64,000 nucleotides of DNA, from contig CAWGIE010000007.1 in NCBI GenBank assembly GCA_963822585.1, positions 32,001-96,000 on the forward strand. Direction: 5' to 3'. This document shows positions 40,969-51,532 of this stretch, one piece after another. The stretch comes from an uncultured bacterium (lineage in GTDB: Bacteria > Auribacterota > Erginobacteria > Erginobacterales > Erginobacteraceae). The first letter of the stretch is position 1, and every line of letters begins with the position of its first letter. A model generated the notes under the pieces. That model saw only the letters and a list, made by a program, of their open reading frames with translations, had not been told where the DNA came from and did no database searches. Made by a program: the position numbers and the translations under genes.

Positions 40969-41185
40969 GATAAAATCCACATACTGTCAATCCATTCGTA
41001 TGCTTTTACCTATTCCCGCCAAAAAGGAATAATGGAGTGGTGGAGTACTGGAGTAATGGGTATACACGGCCGGACCTGCCGGCCGGCCGGGCTCCATCAT
41101 TCCACCACTCCATCACTCCATCAATTCATCACCCTGTTATTGTTATTCTCCATCCTTCTACAATCATATTCTTGATCGGAACCCC

Positions 41186-42337
41186 TCACCCCAGCACTCC
41201 CCCCAGACCGGCGGCATTCCGATACACTTCCATCGTCTTTTCGGCGGCGCGGACCCAGGTAAAATCCTTCGACTGCCTTTTCCCCTTCTCCCGCAACTCA
41301 TCGGCCAGTTCTTTTCTGGTTAAAAGGGCTTCGATCGCCCCCGACATATCCCGATGATCCAGCGGATCGAAGTAAAGAGCCGCGTCACCCAGCACCTCGG
41401 GAAGAGACCCCGTCCGGGATGCCGCCACCGGGATTCCGCTCGCCATCGCTTCCAGGGGAGGAAGTCCCTGGCCTTCGTAGAGGGACGGGAAAACAAAAGC
41501 GGAGGCTCCCCGGTAAATCGCCGGCAGCGCCGTGCGGGGTACGTACCCGATCGCCATCACCCCCCGCTGGCCGGCCTGGCTCCTGAACTGCTGCTCGATC
41601 TCCCCGCAGAGCCATCCCTTCATCCCCACCATCAGCAGCTTATATCCCCCCACCCGGTCGTTGGTGCGCAGGGCATGCCAGGTCTGGAGCAGCCGGACCA
41701 GGTTCTTCCGGGGTTCCCAGGTGCCGACGGTGAGAATATATTTTTCCGGCAGGTGGAACCGGTAGCGTATCCGGAGGAGTTCGTCATCGGTGATCGGCTC
41801 CCGGAAACTGTCATCGATGCCGCCGGGGATCACCGTTACCTTGTTCTCGGCGACCGGGTAAAGAGAGATCAGCTCGTCCCGGGTAAACTCGGAGATGACG
41901 ATGATCCGGTCGGAGCGCTCCAGGCTGCCGGGCAGGGCCGCTTCCAGATATTTTAAATTCTTGGGCTCAGTGAACTCCGGATAGCGTTTGAAGGAGAGGT
42001 CGTAGACGGTGGTTACCAGGGGTTTTCTTTTTACCGGCCGGGCGATGAAATCGGGGAAATGATACACGTCCATCCCCCGGACGAGCCAGTTGAGAGGGGG
42101 GAACCCGAGCCTTTTCCATCCCAGGCTTAAGAGCCGCCCCGGTATCTTTCTTCCCACGGGGGGCATCTTCCGGTAGACCCGGACCGGAAGATCGACGTGA
42201 CCGCGGGCGCTGAAATAAAAGGGGCAGATGCGCCCGGGATTGTCGAGGGAAGTCAGCCCGTCCAGCAGGCCCAGGGTATAGTAACCGACACCGGTCAGGG
42301 GCCGCGTCAGACACTGAATATCTATTCCGACTTTCAC
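41186..42337 (-). CDS. Glycosyltransferase family 4
   Basis: GTWEPRKN; YEGQGLPPLEAMASG. Confidence 0.92.
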   Translation of the reverse strand: MKVGIDIQCLTRPLTGVGYYTLGLLDGLTSLDNPGRICPFYFSARGHVDLPVRVYRKMPPVGRKIPGRLLSLGWKRLGFPPLNWLVRGMDVYHFPDFIARPVKRKPLVTTVYDLSFKRYPEFTEPKNLKYLEAALPGSLERSDRIIVISEFTRDELISLYPVAENKVTVIPGGIDDSFREPITDDELLRIRYRFHLPEKYILTVGTWEPRKNLVRLLQTWHALRTNDRVGGYKLLMVGMKGWLCGEIEQQFRSQAGQRGVMAIGYVPRTALPAIYRGASAFVFPSLYEGQGLPPLEAMASGIPVAASRTGSLPEVLGDAALYFDPLDHRDMSGAIEALLTRKELADELREKGKRQSKDFTWVRAAEKTMEVYRNAAGLGGVLG

Positions 42338-42837
42338 TATAAATTAGCTCCCGGAGTCTACCCCGATAAAATCGGGGGTCGCTAATTTATTTGAGCCCTC
42401 CGATTGATTCAATCGGAGGGCTATTAGTTAAACATAACTACTTCTTGGAGACAACATCGCCAAAAGTATTTCTCGCCACAACCAGCATACTATTCGCGGC
42501 GCGATGGTTATTCATAATATATTGGACGACAATCAATACCCCGGATGATTCATGAAAATGTCCACCTTTCATGAATCATCCGGGAAAGAGTATAGTACAA
42601 TCAATACTTAGTTACAATACTATCCCTGCCTTCTTTGGTACTGTTTAAAATAACCCCCCCGGGCGCTCTAACGCACGATCGAGATCATCCCCGCTTACCC
42701 GGAAGCGATGACCAACCCGGCCATCAGCCGTAAAATCTGGATGAGCTGGCGGAAGCGGAAGCAGTCATACAAAACCATGATCGCATAAACGAAAACCGGA
42801 CATTTCTCATTTGGTTGTACAACATGATTATTCTTCC

Positions 42838-42866
42838 TTGACCGTTTTCCCGGCTTCCGCTATACT
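42838..42866 (+). promoter_or_regulatory. Sigma70-type promoter
   Basis: TTGACC-N17-TATACT upstream of the kinase gene. Confidence 0.7.
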
Positions 42867-42905
42867 AAGAAATCCTTTATCCCTCTCTCACTTCCGCCGG
42901 ACTAA

Positions 42906-44006
42906 ATGAAAGACAGCGCACTGACAAAAAAACAGCTTCTGGAAGAAGTCCGACAACTCCGGGAGGAGGTGAGCCGGCTGGAGAAAACCCGAAAAACGGA
43001 TACCCCGGAGGAAGACGGGGAAACACAGCTGCGCATGCTGGTGGAATCCCTCCCCGACGTGGTCCTGACACTGGACGGCGAGGGGCGACACCTGAAAGTG
43101 CTGGCCCAAAGGGACGGCCTCCTGTTGGCCCGGCCGGAGGACATGCGGGGGAAACTCATTCGTGACATCATGCCCCGGAAGACAGCCGACCAATGCGTCG
43201 CCATCATCCGCCAGACCATTGCCTCCGGGGAAGGACAGATCATGGAGTATGAGCTGGACGTCGTCGAGGGGCACCGGTGGTTCGAGGGACGGACTTCACC
43301 GCTCAGGGAGCCTGACGGTTCGATCCCGAAGGTGCTCTGGATAGCACGCGATGTCACTGAGCGGAAACAGGCTGAAGAGAGAATACAGACCGCCCTCAAG
43401 GAGAAAGAACTGCTGCTGAAGGAGATCTATCACCGGGTAAAGAATAATCTCCAGATCATCATCAGCCTTCTCAAGCTCCAGGCCGGTTATGTAACTGACG
43501 ACAGTACACAGAAACTCTTCCGGAAAAGCTGCAACCGCATCGCCTCCATGGCGATCATCCATGAGATACTGTACCGCGCCGATAATCTTGCCCAGGTGGA
43601 TTTTAACCTCTATATCAACTCCCTGGTCAGCCACCTTTTCTACGGATACGCGGTCGGCCAGGAGCAAATCCGGCTGGAGACGGAGATCCGGGATATCTTT
43701 CTCGATATCAACACGGCCATCCCCTGCGGATTGATCATCAATGAACTGGTCTCAAGCTGCCTCGATCTGGGTTTCCCCGAACATGGGCGGGGAATTATCC
43801 GGATAACGATGCTGCGGCCGACGGAAGACGAGATTGAATTATCTTTCTCCTGCCGGAGAGACGGCTGGCCGAAAGACCTGATCGACGAGAAGAATCTGTC
43901 ATTCGGCATGGAATTGATACAGACGCTGACGAAACAGCTCGGAGGTGAACTGAAGTTAGAGAGGAACAAGTGGACGACAGTCAAGATAACCTTCTCCGAT
44001 AGATGA
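42906..44006 (+). CDS. PAS-domain HisKA_2-type histidine kinase with degenerate ATPase motifs
   Basis: PAS ending RDVTERK; H-box EIYHRVKNNLQ. Confidence 0.85.
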   Translation: MKDSALTKKQLLEEVRQLREEVSRLEKTRKTDTPEEDGETQLRMLVESLPDVVLTLDGEGRHLKVLAQRDGLLLARPEDMRGKLIRDIMPRKTADQCVAIIRQTIASGEGQIMEYELDVVEGHRWFEGRTSPLREPDGSIPKVLWIARDVTERKQAEERIQTALKEKELLLKEIYHRVKNNLQIIISLLKLQAGYVTDDSTQKLFRKSCNRIASMAIIHEILYRADNLAQVDFNLYINSLVSHLFYGYAVGQEQIRLETEIRDIFLDINTAIPCGLIINELVSSCLDLGFPEHGRGIIRITMLRPTEDEIELSFSCRRDGWPKDLIDEKNLSFGMELIQTLTKQLGGELKLERNKWTTVKITFSDR

Positions 44007-44013
44007 GGGCCGG

Positions 44014-44640
44014 TTGAGAATGAAAAAACGGATCATGATCGTCGAAGATGAAGGCATCGTCGCCCGTGACCTGGAGAAGACACTACTGCGGTTGGGGTAT
44101 GAGGTCACGGCCATTGTTCATTCCGGCCAGGCGGCTGTTACAGAGGCCGCGGGGGGAAAACCGGACCTGGTATTAATGGACATCCTCCTCCGCGGGGAGA
44201 TGGACGGGATCACGGCGGCCGCCCAGATCCGCGAACAGGCCAATATACCGATCATCTTTCTCACGGCCTATGCCGACAACGAGATCCTGAAGCGAGCCAT
44301 AGCGACCGAGCCGTTCGCCTATATCCTGAAGCCGTTCCGGGAGCGGGAACTCCACACCAACATTGAGATGGCTATCTACCGGCACGCCATGGAGGAAGAG
44401 CGGGAACAGCTGATCAGGGATCTTCAGGAAGCGCTGGGCCGCGTCCGGACACTGGAAGGCATCCTGCCCATCTGTGCCCACTGCAAGAGAATCCGCGACG
44501 AAACGGGACGCTGGCGCGAGGTCAGCAGCTATATTCACGATCACTCCCGGGCGGAGTTCACGCACGGCATCTGCCCCGATTGCGTGCAAAAACACTACCC
44601 CGGTTTTTCCGGCTCCTCCTGCTCTACCCCAGGGCCTTAA
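44014..44640 (+). CDS. Response regulator with C-terminal Cys cluster
   Basis: IVEDE, LVLMDI, FLTAY, KPF; ICAHCK..THGICPDC. Confidence 0.9.
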   Translation: MRMKKRIMIVEDEGIVARDLEKTLLRLGYEVTAIVHSGQAAVTEAAGGKPDLVLMDILLRGEMDGITAAAQIREQANIPIIFLTAYADNEILKRAIATEPFAYILKPFRERELHTNIEMAIYRHAMEEEREQLIRDLQEALGRVRTLEGILPICAHCKRIRDETGRWREVSSYIHDHSRAEFTHGICPDCVQKHYPGFSGSSCSTPGP

Positions 44641-44804
44641 GTGGCCCATTGCATAAATAAGGTGGCATTCGGACGTTCATGCATCCCGTTCTGCTGCGTT
44701 ACTCGTCGGTTAAATACCGCAAGAGTATTCGCCCTCCTCGCGCCTTGCAGAACGGGCGCCTCAACGCCCTCGATACATAACCTTATTTATGCAATGAACC
44801 ACTA
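44639..44804. mobile_element. MITE-like element with ~23-bp imperfect terminal inverted repeats
   Basis: AGTGGCCCATTGCATAAATAAGG ... CCTTATTTATGCAATGAACCACT. Confidence 0.65.
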
Positions 44805-46156
44805 AGGAACCGCTTGAACTCGCGGTAGTCGTTGGGCATCGAGACCGGTTCTCCCTTTCTTTTTTCCAGATCCCGCAGGCTGGGCGGCGCCGGGGGGATC
44901 AGACCGAGGAGAGCCTCGATTTCATCGGGGAACTTGGCGGGGGAGGCGGTCTCAATCGAGATGCAGAGCGGGAAATCCCCTTCTTCCTCCAGATATTCCT
45001 GCAGACCCTTCCAGCCCACCGCGCCGTGCGGTTCCAGAAGCAGTCCGTACCGCCGGTATGCCTCCACGATCGTTTCTCTGGTCTCCTGATCGCTCACGCT
45101 TACCGAGTAGAGCCGCCTTCTCATCAGTGCGAGATCGGGGGAGGAGTGCACCCGGCCGACCCGATCGATCGTTCCGCCGTAGATATCGAAGAAGCGGGCC
45201 AGATTACTGGGATGCCCCACATTCATGGCGTTGGAGAGACATTTCCGGGAAGGCTCGACTTTCCGGTAATTCCCGGAGGAGAGAAGCCGGGGAAACTCGT
45301 CGTTTTCGTTGGTCGGCATCAGGAGCCGATGAACGGGCAGACCCATCCTCCAGGCCAGCTCGCATCCGAAGGCGTTGCCGAAGTTGCCGGAAGGAACGCA
45401 GATGACGGCCTCCTCCCCCGCTTCGGCCACCTGGGCATATCCCCAGAAATAGTAGATCGCCTGGGGAAGGACCCTCCCGATGTTAATGGAGTTGGCGGAA
45501 GTGAGGTTCAGACCTCTCAGGTCGGGGTCGAGAAAGGCCCGCTTGACCATATTCTGGCAGTCGTCAAACTTTCCTTCCACCATCAGGGCTTGCACGTTAT
45601 CCCCGAGCGTATCCAGCTGTTTTTTCTGACGGGGACTGACCTCGGCGGCCGGGTAGAGGATGTAAACGGCTATCCCTTCCACCCCTTTGAAAGCATCGCC
45701 GATGGCGCTTCCCGTATCTCCCGAAGTCGCGACCAGGACATTGAGATGACGCCCGGGCGGACGCAAATAGCTCATCAGGCGGGACATCAGCCGGGCGGCA
45801 AAATCCTTGAAAGATGCCGTTGGTCCCCGATCGAGCCGCATTACGTAGGTACGGTCATGGACGCGTTCGAGAGGGATTTCAAAATTATAGGCGTCCCGGA
45901 GAATGGCCTTGAGATCGGCAACCGGCACCACGTCCTCCCAAAAATGCCTCCCCACCGCCAGGGCGGCTTCGCGGTACGGCCTGCCCTTGAGGGCGGCGAT
46001 CTCTTCCCGGGAAATGGTCGGAAACCGATCCGGCATAAAGAGGCCGGCATCCGGCGCCTGGCCCATGATCAGCGCCTCGGAAAAGTCGACGGTCTCCCGA
46101 AAAGGAGGAAGTTCTTCTCCTTCCAGTTTCCGGTTGGTGCTGTAATATCGAATCAT
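44783..46156 (-). CDS. thrC: Threonine synthase
   Basis: GPTASFKDF, ATSGDTG, SANSIN.GR, VPSGNFGN, TA.PAKF. Confidence 0.92.
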   Translation of the reverse strand: MIRYYSTNRKLEGEELPPFRETVDFSEALIMGQAPDAGLFMPDRFPTISREEIAALKGRPYREAALAVGRHFWEDVVPVADLKAILRDAYNFEIPLERVHDRTYVMRLDRGPTASFKDFAARLMSRLMSYLRPPGRHLNVLVATSGDTGSAIGDAFKGVEGIAVYILYPAAEVSPRQKKQLDTLGDNVQALMVEGKFDDCQNMVKRAFLDPDLRGLNLTSANSINIGRVLPQAIYYFWGYAQVAEAGEEAVICVPSGNFGNAFGCELAWRMGLPVHRLLMPTNENDEFPRLLSSGNYRKVEPSRKCLSNAMNVGHPSNLARFFDIYGGTIDRVGRVHSSPDLALMRRRLYSVSVSDQETRETIVEAYRRYGLLLEPHGAVGWKGLQEYLEEEGDFPLCISIETASPAKFPDEIEALLGLIPPAPPSLRDLEKRKGEPVSMPNDYREFKRFLSGSLHK

Positions 46157-46445
46157 TATAAATTAGCGCCTCCGGCGCTAATTTAGTTGAATTTTCTCTT
46201 TCTAAGTATAAACCAGATTGATAGCAATCCGAACTTTAGTGCGTGTCCAACTGCTTAATCCGTGCCGGTAAGCCTGTGGTATCATAAAACAAATACTGAT
46301 TATTTTATTCCGTTGGCTTGGAGTATTTCACCCTTATTTTTTCGAAGAAAAAATAAGCAATACAATAATATACCGGAATTGCCGCCGCAAGAAAACACGC
46401 ATTGATGTGGAGGATACAACCGGAGGGAATTCTACTCCGCCCTGC

Positions 46446-47177
46446 TTACTCCGGAACCGCGACGCCTTCGACGTAGGTCGTCACTTTTATCTTATTGCCG
46501 GAATGATCCCAGAAAGTCCATTTGCCGCTGGGGAGGTTATTCCTGTATTCGCCCTCGGCCATCTTCTGACCGTTTTCAAACCAGGTGGTGAAGGGGCCGT
46601 TCCGGTCGCCGGAGAAGTATTGCACCCGGCTTTTCAGCTGCCCGTTCGGGTATTGGGCTTCATGGGTACCGGTTACCCCGGAGAGGGCTTCCAGCCTCTG
46701 CGCCCGCTTCTGCTCTTTGATCTTCTGTGAGACGAGATATCCCGCCGTCCCCAGACCGGCGACGACCAATACGGCGATCATGATCAGTATCAACCGCCGT
46801 GTCCGCCTCTTTTTCTCCTCGATCGACCGCAGGTATTCTTTGAATTCTTGCCAGTAGTCCCTGGTCCCGGCTTTTTTAAAGATAAGCTCCAGAGCTGACC
46901 GCATCCGGGGACTGGGAGTGAAGTGGTAGTATTCGCTCCGCATCACCCCCTCGATCTTGGTCTGGAGAAGGCCGGCCCCCTTCAGGTCTTCCAGCGCCCC
47001 GGCAACAGACTTGATCTGATCGGCACCCAGGCCGCCGGCAATCCCGGGCGCGTCGTCATCTTTTTCGGGGTTATCGTAAAAGAATGCGACAATATCAGCC
47101 TTCAGGGGATTGTCGACAATCTCAACGATCGGGGCGAATTCGGCTATCTCCTCGATTTTTTTACCCGGTTCAATCAT
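46446..47177 (-). CDS. Single-TM protein with N-terminal wHTH-like region and C-terminal MORN-variant repeats
   Basis: TM LILIMIAVLVVAGLG; YPNGQLK, WFENGQK..GKWTFWD. Confidence 0.65.
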   Translation of the reverse strand: MIEPGKKIEEIAEFAPIVEIVDNPLKADIVAFFYDNPEKDDDAPGIAGGLGADQIKSVAGALEDLKGAGLLQTKIEGVMRSEYYHFTPSPRMRSALELIFKKAGTRDYWQEFKEYLRSIEEKKRRTRRLILIMIAVLVVAGLGTAGYLVSQKIKEQKRAQRLEALSGVTGTHEAQYPNGQLKSRVQYFSGDRNGPFTTWFENGQKMAEGEYRNNLPSGKWTFWDHSGNKIKVTTYVEGVAVPE

Positions 47178-47196
47178 GCCTGGAACACCTTCTCTG

Positions 47197-48080
47197 CTAT
47201 TGTTTTTCCTCCCACCACTTCTCCCACCGTCGGATTGCGGCTTTCCGGTCCTCCAGGGAAGCCTCGGGATCGAAAGCAAAATTATGCCCTGTTATCTCCC
47301 TGAGATACTCAACCGCCTGTTCCCTGACCGATCCCTTCTGGTCCCGCACGTCCGTACTCAAGTTGACGATTAACACCGGAATCCCCTCGGTATCTCCCAG
47401 GCGGGCCAGGGCACGGGCGGCGGCGTTCCTCACCCAGTAATTGGGATTGTAGATACTGTTGCGGAGGGAAGGGATGGCCCTTTTATCCCCCAGCTGTCCA
47501 AGCGCGTTAGCGGCGCCGCTGCGGACATACGAACTCTCGTCCTTGAGGCACGCTATCAATTCCGGATACGCTTCCTGGACCGTGAGGTTCCCGAGGGCTT
47601 CCGAGGCGGCCCAGCGCACGTAAGAACTCTTGTCCTGGAGGGCGGTGAGGAGGGGCTGATGGACCCGAGGGTCCTTAAACTTGCCCAGCGCGACCACGCA
47701 ATCGTACCGGACATAATCGCTGCCCGCGGCGGCGGCCGTGATCAAAACCGGTATGGAACTGTTGTCATGGATGTTGCCCAGTGCCTGGGCGGCGTAACGT
47801 CGAATCTGTTCCTGAGGGTCCTGCAGAGCGACCTCCAGGTAGGGGACGGCAATAACATCATTTCCGGTCGCCTGGATGGAGAGTTCTTTCGCGGCCGCCA
47901 TCCTCTGGAGAAAGTCTTCTTTGCTCAGATCGGAGATATAGTTGACAATGTCTTTTTCATCTCCCCCCCGCCGCAGGCGGTGAGAAGGAGACAGGCAAAG
48001 GCCAGGAAGAGCCCATAGGGAAGGGTACGCCGGGAAGGAAAGGCGGTGCTGGCTACATGGAGAGCTCGAAGCTTATGCAT
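47197..48080 (-). pseudogene. HEAT-repeat lipoprotein split by a frameshift in a G7 tract
   Basis: Signal/lipobox LLLTAC in one frame, DEKDIVNY..VR..AA.ALG repeats in another; junction at 47963-47969. Confidence 0.75.
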
Positions 48081-48333
48081 GATGGCCGCTGGAGACGGGA
48101 ATATCGATACAATTATTTCTCTGAACGTGTACGCTACCACTTGTCGTCTTATCCGTCAAATAAAATCCCGGAAATTCGCAGCCTTGTTCATGAACCGCTC
48201 AGGACACAGTGAATTATCGGTTACGGTTGCGCGGCTCGCATCATTTGCGGGTGTCGGTTACGGTAAAAACCGCACGCAACCGTAACACGTTCTCCCTTTT
48301 AAGCAGTCTAACCGTTCGACGATACCTAAGAAT

Positions 48334-50601
48334 TCACCGTGCCGCGGGGATGTCCCCCGCCGTTCCGAAATAGGCGCGGCTTATCCCCCGGACCGCCCAG
48401 CGGCCGCTGTTCTCCCGGAAAACAGCGCAGTCCGTGCTGCCGTCGCCGTTAAAATCCCCCGGGACCGGGCGGTCGCCGGGTCCGCCGTAATAGAACCGGC
48501 TCAGCCCCCGCACCGCCCAGAAGCCGGCGCCCTCCCGGAAGATTCCGCATTCCGTGGTCCCGTCCCCGTCAAAATCCCCCGCGATCGGACGGTCGCCGGG
48601 AGCGCCGTAATAGAACCGGGTCTGTCCCCGGATCGCCCAGAGGCCGCCGCTGCTCCGGAAGACGGCACAGTCCGTAGTCCCGTCACCATTAAAATCCCCC
48701 GGGACCGGGCGATCTCCCCGGGCGCCGTAATAAAACCGGCTTAACCCCCGCACCGCCCAGAAGCCGGTGCTCTGCCGGAAAACCGCCGGATCGGCGAGCC
48801 CGTCGCCGTCGTAATCCGCGGCCAGGGGGAGATCGTTGACCGTTCCGTAGGAGAAGCGGCTCACCCCCTGTACTATCCAGAGACCGGATAACCGCCGGTA
48901 GAGAGCGATCTCCGCCGTCCCGTCCCCGTTAAAATCGGCGGGACAGGGGATATCCGTCGGCAGACCGAAGTATCTCCTGGTCAGCCCTCGCACCGCCCAG
49001 AGACCGAGCGTGTCGCGGAAAACCGCGAAATCGGAATCTCCGTCGCCGTCGTAATCAACCGTCCCGGCAAAGACCGGTTCCGCCGTCTCTACCGGACCGA
49101 TATCGGGACCCCTCCCCGCCTGGCGGGGATTGCCGTAATAGTCGAACGCGGGCGAAAGAACGCCGGCCGCGGTGCCCCGGTCCCGGCAGGGCGATCCGTA
49201 GGGAGTCCGGAAATCCTCGTCCGCCGGGGCGGCCAGAAGGGGATCAAGGGCGATGTTGCTGGAAGAGGCGGCCAGGCCGTTCAGGGCGGTGACGGTGGCG
49301 GCGGGTACCTGGCCGGAATAAAGGCCGGCCGGCATGTCGTAATAGAGAGAATTGAGTGAGCGCAGGTCCGGCGTCCCCAGGTAAAAGGTATGGTCGAGAT
49401 CGATGAAGATGGAATTAACGACCTCGAACTTCCCGGTACTGCCCCCATCGTAGGCGTAGGTCCCGCAGTAACCGTCCCCTTTCTTCATCAGGATGGAGTT
49501 GATCATACGGCAGGGTCCGTCTTCAATGACGAAGGCGGCATCGGCGTCGGCTTCGTAGATGATGGAGTTGATCACCTCCCCGTTATGCCAGAACTTGACA
49601 CCGTTGCGCCCGATCCCCGAGAGCAGGGTGTTGACGACGCAGACGTCGAACGATTTGGTGTCGATCCCGTCCCCCTGGATATTCTCGATCAGGCAATCGT
49701 CGATCAGGACCCCGCGGCAGTTGACCACCGCGAAACCGTCCACGGCGGTGGACCCGCTTCCCTGGGGGTCGTTGCGGACCGCCACGTTGGAGATCCGTAC
49801 CCCCTTCACGTTGGCGTCATCCTCGTCGCCGATATTGATCGGCATGTCCACGTCTTCCAGGGTAACGCCGGAGATGATCAGCCCTTCGATCTGGTACTTG
49901 ATCCCCGGATCGTCGGGATCGAACTGCCGGCCGGAGAAATACCCCGCCGAGACGTAGTTGGTCGAGAAGAGCTGGGTGATGAAATCGGGGCCACGCTTTT
50001 TGAACTCCCGGGCCCGGATGTTTTTTATCACCAGGTTCTCCTGGGGGGCCTGATCATACTGGGTCCCGAAGTAAAAGGGGGTGGACCATCCCTCCAGGGT
50101 AAGATCGCTGATGGTGATATTCCGGCAGGGAGCATATGAAAAAAAGAGCACCTCCTCGCCCCAGGAGGTGGGGTCCGCCGGCCAGATGTCGGGGCGGATG
50201 GTCACCTCCTCTCCGGGGTAGGCGGTGATCACCAAATCGCCCCGCTCGATCTCCAGATATTCGTAGGCGGAAGAACGGTAATAAACCCCGCCCCGGAGAT
50301 AGATCACGAAAGGAGTCGAGGAGTGGGCATTGGCATAGGCGATCGCCGCGCCCAGGTGCATCTTGGGGGTGGCGATGGAGAGCCCTGAATTGGAGTCATT
50401 CCCGTCGGTCGCCACGTAAAGAGGGGTCTTCCCGACCGCCGTGGTCGTATCCTCCGGGATGTCTCCGGAGGCCAGGTATTCCGACGCCGCCAGGAGCTCG
50501 GAGAGGGGCGGGATCGTCCGGCCGGGAACCGGAGAGGGAACGGCGCCCAGCAGACAGAGGCCCGGCAGGAGCATCAGCAGCGGCAATCGTTTTCTTCTCA
50601 T
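48334..50601 (-). CDS. Secreted protein with right-handed beta-helix and FG-GAP-like repeats
   Basis: YVATDGNDSNSG, DGIDTKS, DIGPVE; repeated (G/A)DF.GDG..D.AVFR..G.WA.RG units. Confidence 0.8.
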   Translation of the reverse strand: MRRKRLPLLMLLPGLCLLGAVPSPVPGRTIPPLSELLAASEYLASGDIPEDTTTAVGKTPLYVATDGNDSNSGLSIATPKMHLGAAIAYANAHSSTPFVIYLRGGVYYRSSAYEYLEIERGDLVITAYPGEEVTIRPDIWPADPTSWGEEVLFFSYAPCRNITISDLTLEGWSTPFYFGTQYDQAPQENLVIKNIRAREFKKRGPDFITQLFSTNYVSAGYFSGRQFDPDDPGIKYQIEGLIISGVTLEDVDMPINIGDEDDANVKGVRISNVAVRNDPQGSGSTAVDGFAVVNCRGVLIDDCLIENIQGDGIDTKSFDVCVVNTLLSGIGRNGVKFWHNGEVINSIIYEADADAAFVIEDGPCRMINSILMKKGDGYCGTYAYDGGSTGKFEVVNSIFIDLDHTFYLGTPDLRSLNSLYYDMPAGLYSGQVPAATVTALNGLAASSSNIALDPLLAAPADEDFRTPYGSPCRDRGTAAGVLSPAFDYYGNPRQAGRGPDIGPVETAEPVFAGTVDYDGDGDSDFAVFRDTLGLWAVRGLTRRYFGLPTDIPCPADFNGDGTAEIALYRRLSGLWIVQGVSRFSYGTVNDLPLAADYDGDGLADPAVFRQSTGFWAVRGLSRFYYGARGDRPVPGDFNGDGTTDCAVFRSSGGLWAIRGQTRFYYGAPGDRPIAGDFDGDGTTECGIFREGAGFWAVRGLSRFYYGGPGDRPVPGDFNGDGSTDCAVFRENSGRWAVRGISRAYFGTAGDIPAAR

Positions 50602-50943
50602 CGCAATGGTTCCCCCTTCTTTGCCTAAATATACCTCATTTCCCACTTAATCCCAACCCCCTCTTTTTCCCGCTTGACGCCCCCCGGACCCGGTGCGATA
50701 GTGATTTTATTTTCCCTCCCCCGATTAATACTTCGGGTCGGCGCGGGAAAATAAAAATGTGCCAGCATCGAACTAATATCGCTAACTTACTGCTTCGGAA
50801 TTTCAATGAATGTTGCGGCGGCGACCTTCAGGTCGCCACTAAATGGCAGCCTAAAGGCTGCCGCTACGAAGTTAGCGCCGAAGGTGCTGAGCTCTTTAAT
50901 AAAGTAAATTCGTGTAATTCGCGTAATTCGTAGTTCTTTTATT

Positions 50944-51363
50944 ATGAAAGAAGGCATAAAGACGATCCGGGTGCCGGCCCGGCTGGAGAACCTGGAAAAG
51001 CTGGTAGACTTCGTCATCGGCTGCCTGGAATGCTCCGGGATCCCCCCGCAGGCGGTCTCCGACATCCACCTGGCGGTGGACGAGGCCTGCACCAACACCA
51101 TCAAATACGCCTACCCGGAGGGTGAAAAGGGTGAGATCGAACTCACCTGCGGCGCCGACGGCTCCACCGTCACCGTCACCATCCGGGACTGGGGGGCCCC
51201 CTTCAACCCCCTGGAAGCTCCCCCTCCCGATCTCAGCCTCGATATTGAAGATCGCCCCGTCGGCGGACTGGGCATCTTCCTGATGAAAAAGTTCTCCGAT
51301 CGTCTCGAGTACCGCCGCGAGAACGACTCCAACCTCCTCACCATTATAAAAAAGGCCGGGTAG
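50944..51363 (+). CDS. Anti-sigma factor/Ser-Thr kinase (RsbW-like)
   Basis: LAVDEACTN..YAY, RDWG.PFNP, GGLGIFL. Confidence 0.88.
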   Translation: MKEGIKTIRVPARLENLEKLVDFVIGCLECSGIPPQAVSDIHLAVDEACTNTIKYAYPEGEKGEIELTCGADGSTVTVTIRDWGAPFNPLEAPPPDLSLDIEDRPVGGLGIFLMKKFSDRLEYRRENDSNLLTIIKKAG

Positions 51364-51390
51364 ATTCTCCGGATCCACCCGGCCTTTTTT
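51349..51390. terminator. Bidirectional intrinsic terminator
   Basis: AAAAAGGCCGGGT..ACCCGGCCTTTTTT. Confidence 0.7.
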
Positions 51391-51532
51391 ATATTCGAAT
51401 AATCCGTCGAACCTGACTTATCGAAGCAACTGCCTTCCTGATGGTTTTAAACAAAAATATGTGCCACGTGGCACATTTAGCTTCGATTTTCGTGATTTTT
51501 TGCCTCTGAAGGAACTTTTTTGTCAGTATTTT

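Noticed and set aside
48340..49065. Near-identical DNA repeats as a TR/VR pair or array
   Set aside because: They are in-frame FG-GAP-like protein repeats.
50705..50757. Riboswitch or ncRNA downstream of a TTGACG-N17-GATAGT promoter
   Set aside because: Only a simple stem-loop is visible; no recognisable aptamer motif.
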